This document shows positions 61,946 through 64,000 of a stretch of 64,000 nucleotides of DNA, piece by piece. The notes beneath the pieces were generated by a model that ran no database searches, had not been told where the DNA came from, and saw only the letters and a list, made by a program, of their open reading frames with translations. The stretch is taken from assembly GCA_963793265.1 (NCBI GenBank), contig CAWBZI010000002.1:448001-512000 (forward strand), in the 5' to 3' direction. Each line of letters opens with the position of its first letter. The first letter of the stretch is position 1. Made by a program: the position numbers and the translations under genes. The stretch is from an uncultured cyanobacterium. GTDB taxonomy: Bacteria > Cyanobacteriota > Cyanobacteriia > Phormidesmidales > Phormidesmidaceae.

Positions 61946-62332
61946 ATGCAATACAGCGAAATCATTAAGAACGTTCAAGCCGCCGCGAAAGTGGACGATA
62001 AAGCGGCAGCAGAGAAAGCAATTCAGGCCACGCTAGAAACGCTCAAACAGAGAATTATCGGGGATGAAGCTGAGAACTTGGCCGCTCAGCTTCCTGAAGA
62101 GATTGGTCAGCACTTACGCGGGCGAGCGGGCGAAAATGGCGATCACTTTCCCCTCAAGGAGTTCTATCAAAAAGTCAGTCAAATCGAAGGTGTTGATCTA
62201 GAAACAGCAGCAACCCACGTTCAGGGCGTTTTCTCTGCGCTCGGCTCAGCCGTTACCTCAGGAGAGTTTTCAGATATCAAAAATGACCTATCAGACGACT
62301 ACGCAGAACTCTTTCCTGCTAATGCCTCTTAA
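61946..62332 (+). CDS. DUF2267 family protein
   Basis: AGGAG RBS; ATLETL..EAENLAAQLPEE..VFSAL. Confidence 0.85.
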   Translation: MQYSEIIKNVQAAAKVDDKAAAEKAIQATLETLKQRIIGDEAENLAAQLPEEIGQHLRGRAGENGDHFPLKEFYQKVSQIEGVDLETAATHVQGVFSALGSAVTSGEFSDIKNDLSDDYAELFPANAS

Positions 62333-62355
62333 CAGAGCCATCTAACCAACTGGTT

Positions 62356-62781
62356 TTAAAGCGGGGGAGGGTGTTCGCTTGAGCTGTACAAAATTTTGCG
62401 GAGATTCAAGAGCCCAAGGCGATTAAGCTCTAGCTTTTTAACGGTAGCCCGGCCAATGGCTGTTAAACCTACTATTTCCGTAAAACCTTCACTCCAGGCA
62501 AAATGATCGCTCCATCGGTGAGAGCGAGGATTGTAAAGTGAGACTATAGTTTGAGTAACTGGATCGACAGCATGAATATTGACGTATTTTCTGTTGTTGC
62601 AGCCCTGGCATGCAAAAGCTAGGTTTGAAAGCACATTCTGGCCCGCTTTTGCTTTTGGAATAATGTGGTCAACAGAAAACGAATCCGTAGAGAATGCTTC
62701 TTGAGAGCAACAGTATTCACAGCAAAATTTCGCCCTCTGTGCGACTTTTTCTTTGAGCTTTAAAGGAACTCTCTTACCCAC
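62356..62781 (-). CDS. HNH endonuclease
   Basis: CCEYC, VDHIIP, NLAFACQGCNNRK, YNPR..WSDHF, GRATV..LELN. Confidence 0.92.
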   Translation of the reverse strand: MGKRVPLKLKEKVAQRAKFCCEYCCSQEAFSTDSFSVDHIIPKAKAGQNVLSNLAFACQGCNNRKYVNIHAVDPVTQTIVSLYNPRSHRWSDHFAWSEGFTEIVGLTAIGRATVKKLELNRLGLLNLRKILYSSSEHPPPL

Positions 62782-63193
62782 TATGGGTTCGAGGTTGTAG
62801 CTCTAGCTCTTCAATAATTTGTTTCACAGATGTATTGCGGAGCTTAGCTAACTCAGATACCGCAGTAAGCCTTGTCACGTTAGCCGCTTCCACTTGATCT
62901 GAAAAAGCTATTAGTGCTTTATGATCTTCTGCCGTCAGCGTTTCGTCTTCACGTTTTTTCATGAGTGCATAGTAACGCTGCCAATCAATTGCATCTACGC
63001 TGTGATTGACTACTTGGATCAAATTAGTCTCCGCTACTGAAAGACTATGTTCTGTCGCTCCTTTGATTTTATTAGAAGCTAGCACTTCTTGAATAAGCTG
63101 CGCTACGTAAACGTCAGGAGATAGCCCCGCTGCTTGCGCTGCCTGCTTTAATTGCTGTTCAGTTTCGGGCGGTATTTGAATAGTCAGAGCCAT
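62774..63193 (-). CDS. Hypothetical antitoxin-like protein with RHH-like N-terminus
   Basis: MALTIQIPPETEQQLKQAAQAAGLSPDVYV; overlaps the HNH gene by 8 nt. Confidence 0.7.
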   Translation of the reverse strand: MALTIQIPPETEQQLKQAAQAAGLSPDVYVAQLIQEVLASNKIKGATEHSLSVAETNLIQVVNHSVDAIDWQRYYALMKKREDETLTAEDHKALIAFSDQVEAANVTRLTAVSELAKLRNTSVKQIIEELELQPRTHSG

Positions 63194-63207
63194 TACACAA
63201 TCCTTTA

Positions 63208-64000
63208 CTAAACGGTCATCGTGTCCAAAACTCGATTCAGCTTTCCGCTCTTATAGCCTTCCAAATCCAAAGTTACATAGGTAAAGCCAAAACCTTGAAA
63301 GGCTTCTACTAAAGCTGGTAAATCGACTTTGCTGACAAATCCTGTAATTTCTTCAGGCATTAGCTCAATTTTTGCCGTTTCTCCATCTGAGCGCACACGC
63401 AAATTTCGATAGCCCAAGTCACGCATGTAGCGCTCAGCGCGGCCTACTCTATGCAGCTTTTCGGTAGTGATCAGCTCGCCGTATGGGAAGCGAGAGCTAA
63501 GGCAGGGCTGAGAAGGCTTGTCCCACCAAGGGAGGCCAAGCGATTTGGAGAGTTCGCGCACCTCTAGCTTGGTGATGCCGACTTCTGCTAGGGGCGATCG
63601 CACCCCTCTTTCTTTAGCCGCCGCAATCCCAGGCCGATAGTCTTGCAAATCATCCGCATTGAGCCCGTCTACCACATACTCATAGCCCAGCTCATCAGCT
63701 AGCGGGCGTAGGGTATCGTGCAGTTCACTTTTGCAAAAGTAGCAGCGATTCACCGGATTAGAGGTGTACTGCTCATTGTCCATTTCGTGCGTTTCGACCA
63801 CCTTATGCGCAATGCCCATCTCTGCGGCCTGAGACTTGGCATCGTCAAAATCTTCAGGCATTAAGGAAGGTGAATTAGCTGTCACCGCAAGAGATTTTGA
63901 ACCCAGGATGTCAAAGGCAACTTTCGCGACTAGCGTACTGTCAATCCCACCCGAATAGGCAACGAGGGCACGATCCATTTCGCGAAAAATAGTTTGGAGC
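63208..64000 (-). CDS. larE: ATP-dependent sacrificial sulfur transferase LarE-like (TIGR00268), 5'-partial
   Basis: PP-loop AYSGGIDS, NRCYFCK, DYRPG, PCLSSRFPYG; frame open to the window edge. Confidence 0.85.
   Translation of the reverse strand, partial: LQTIFREMDRALVAYSGGIDSTLVAKVAFDILGSKSLAVTANSPSLMPEDFDDAKSQAAEMGIAHKVVETHEMDNEQYTSNPVNRCYFCKSELHDTLRPLADELGYEYVVDGLNADDLQDYRPGIAAAKERGVRSPLAEVGITKLEVRELSKSLGLPWWDKPSQPCLSSRFPYGELITTEKLHRVGRAERYMRDLGYRNLRVRSDGETAKIELMPEEITGFVSKVDLPALVEAFQGFGFTYVTLDLEGYKSGKLNRVLDTMTV

Overview
Chromosomal window from a cyanobacterium (psbA, ndhB, ndhH, and very frequent HIP1 octamer GCGATCGC). Housekeeping genes (ndhH, rsmH, miaB, psbA, ndhB, topA, murQ, glyS, murD, larE-like) alternate with accessory and defence islets. 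These are a collapsed type I restriction locus holding a solitary PD-(D/E)xK nuclease, a frameshifted AAA-nuclease, a membrane caspase, two Rpn nucleases, a sigma-like/DUF1822/CHAT/DUF928 cassette, a C-protein-controlled type II RM system with visible operators, a TIR + membrane STAND-beta-propeller-TPR pair, and an HNH pair. I saw no rRNA, tRNA, CRISPR array or intact IS. The two strongest signals outside the ORF track are (1) a promoter + covarying multi-hairpin leader RNA + small-gene module present twice (28.0 kb and 44.3 kb), and (2) a local G-rich to C-rich strand-composition switch centred on HIP1 sites. All calls come from reading motifs by eye; no database searches were run.
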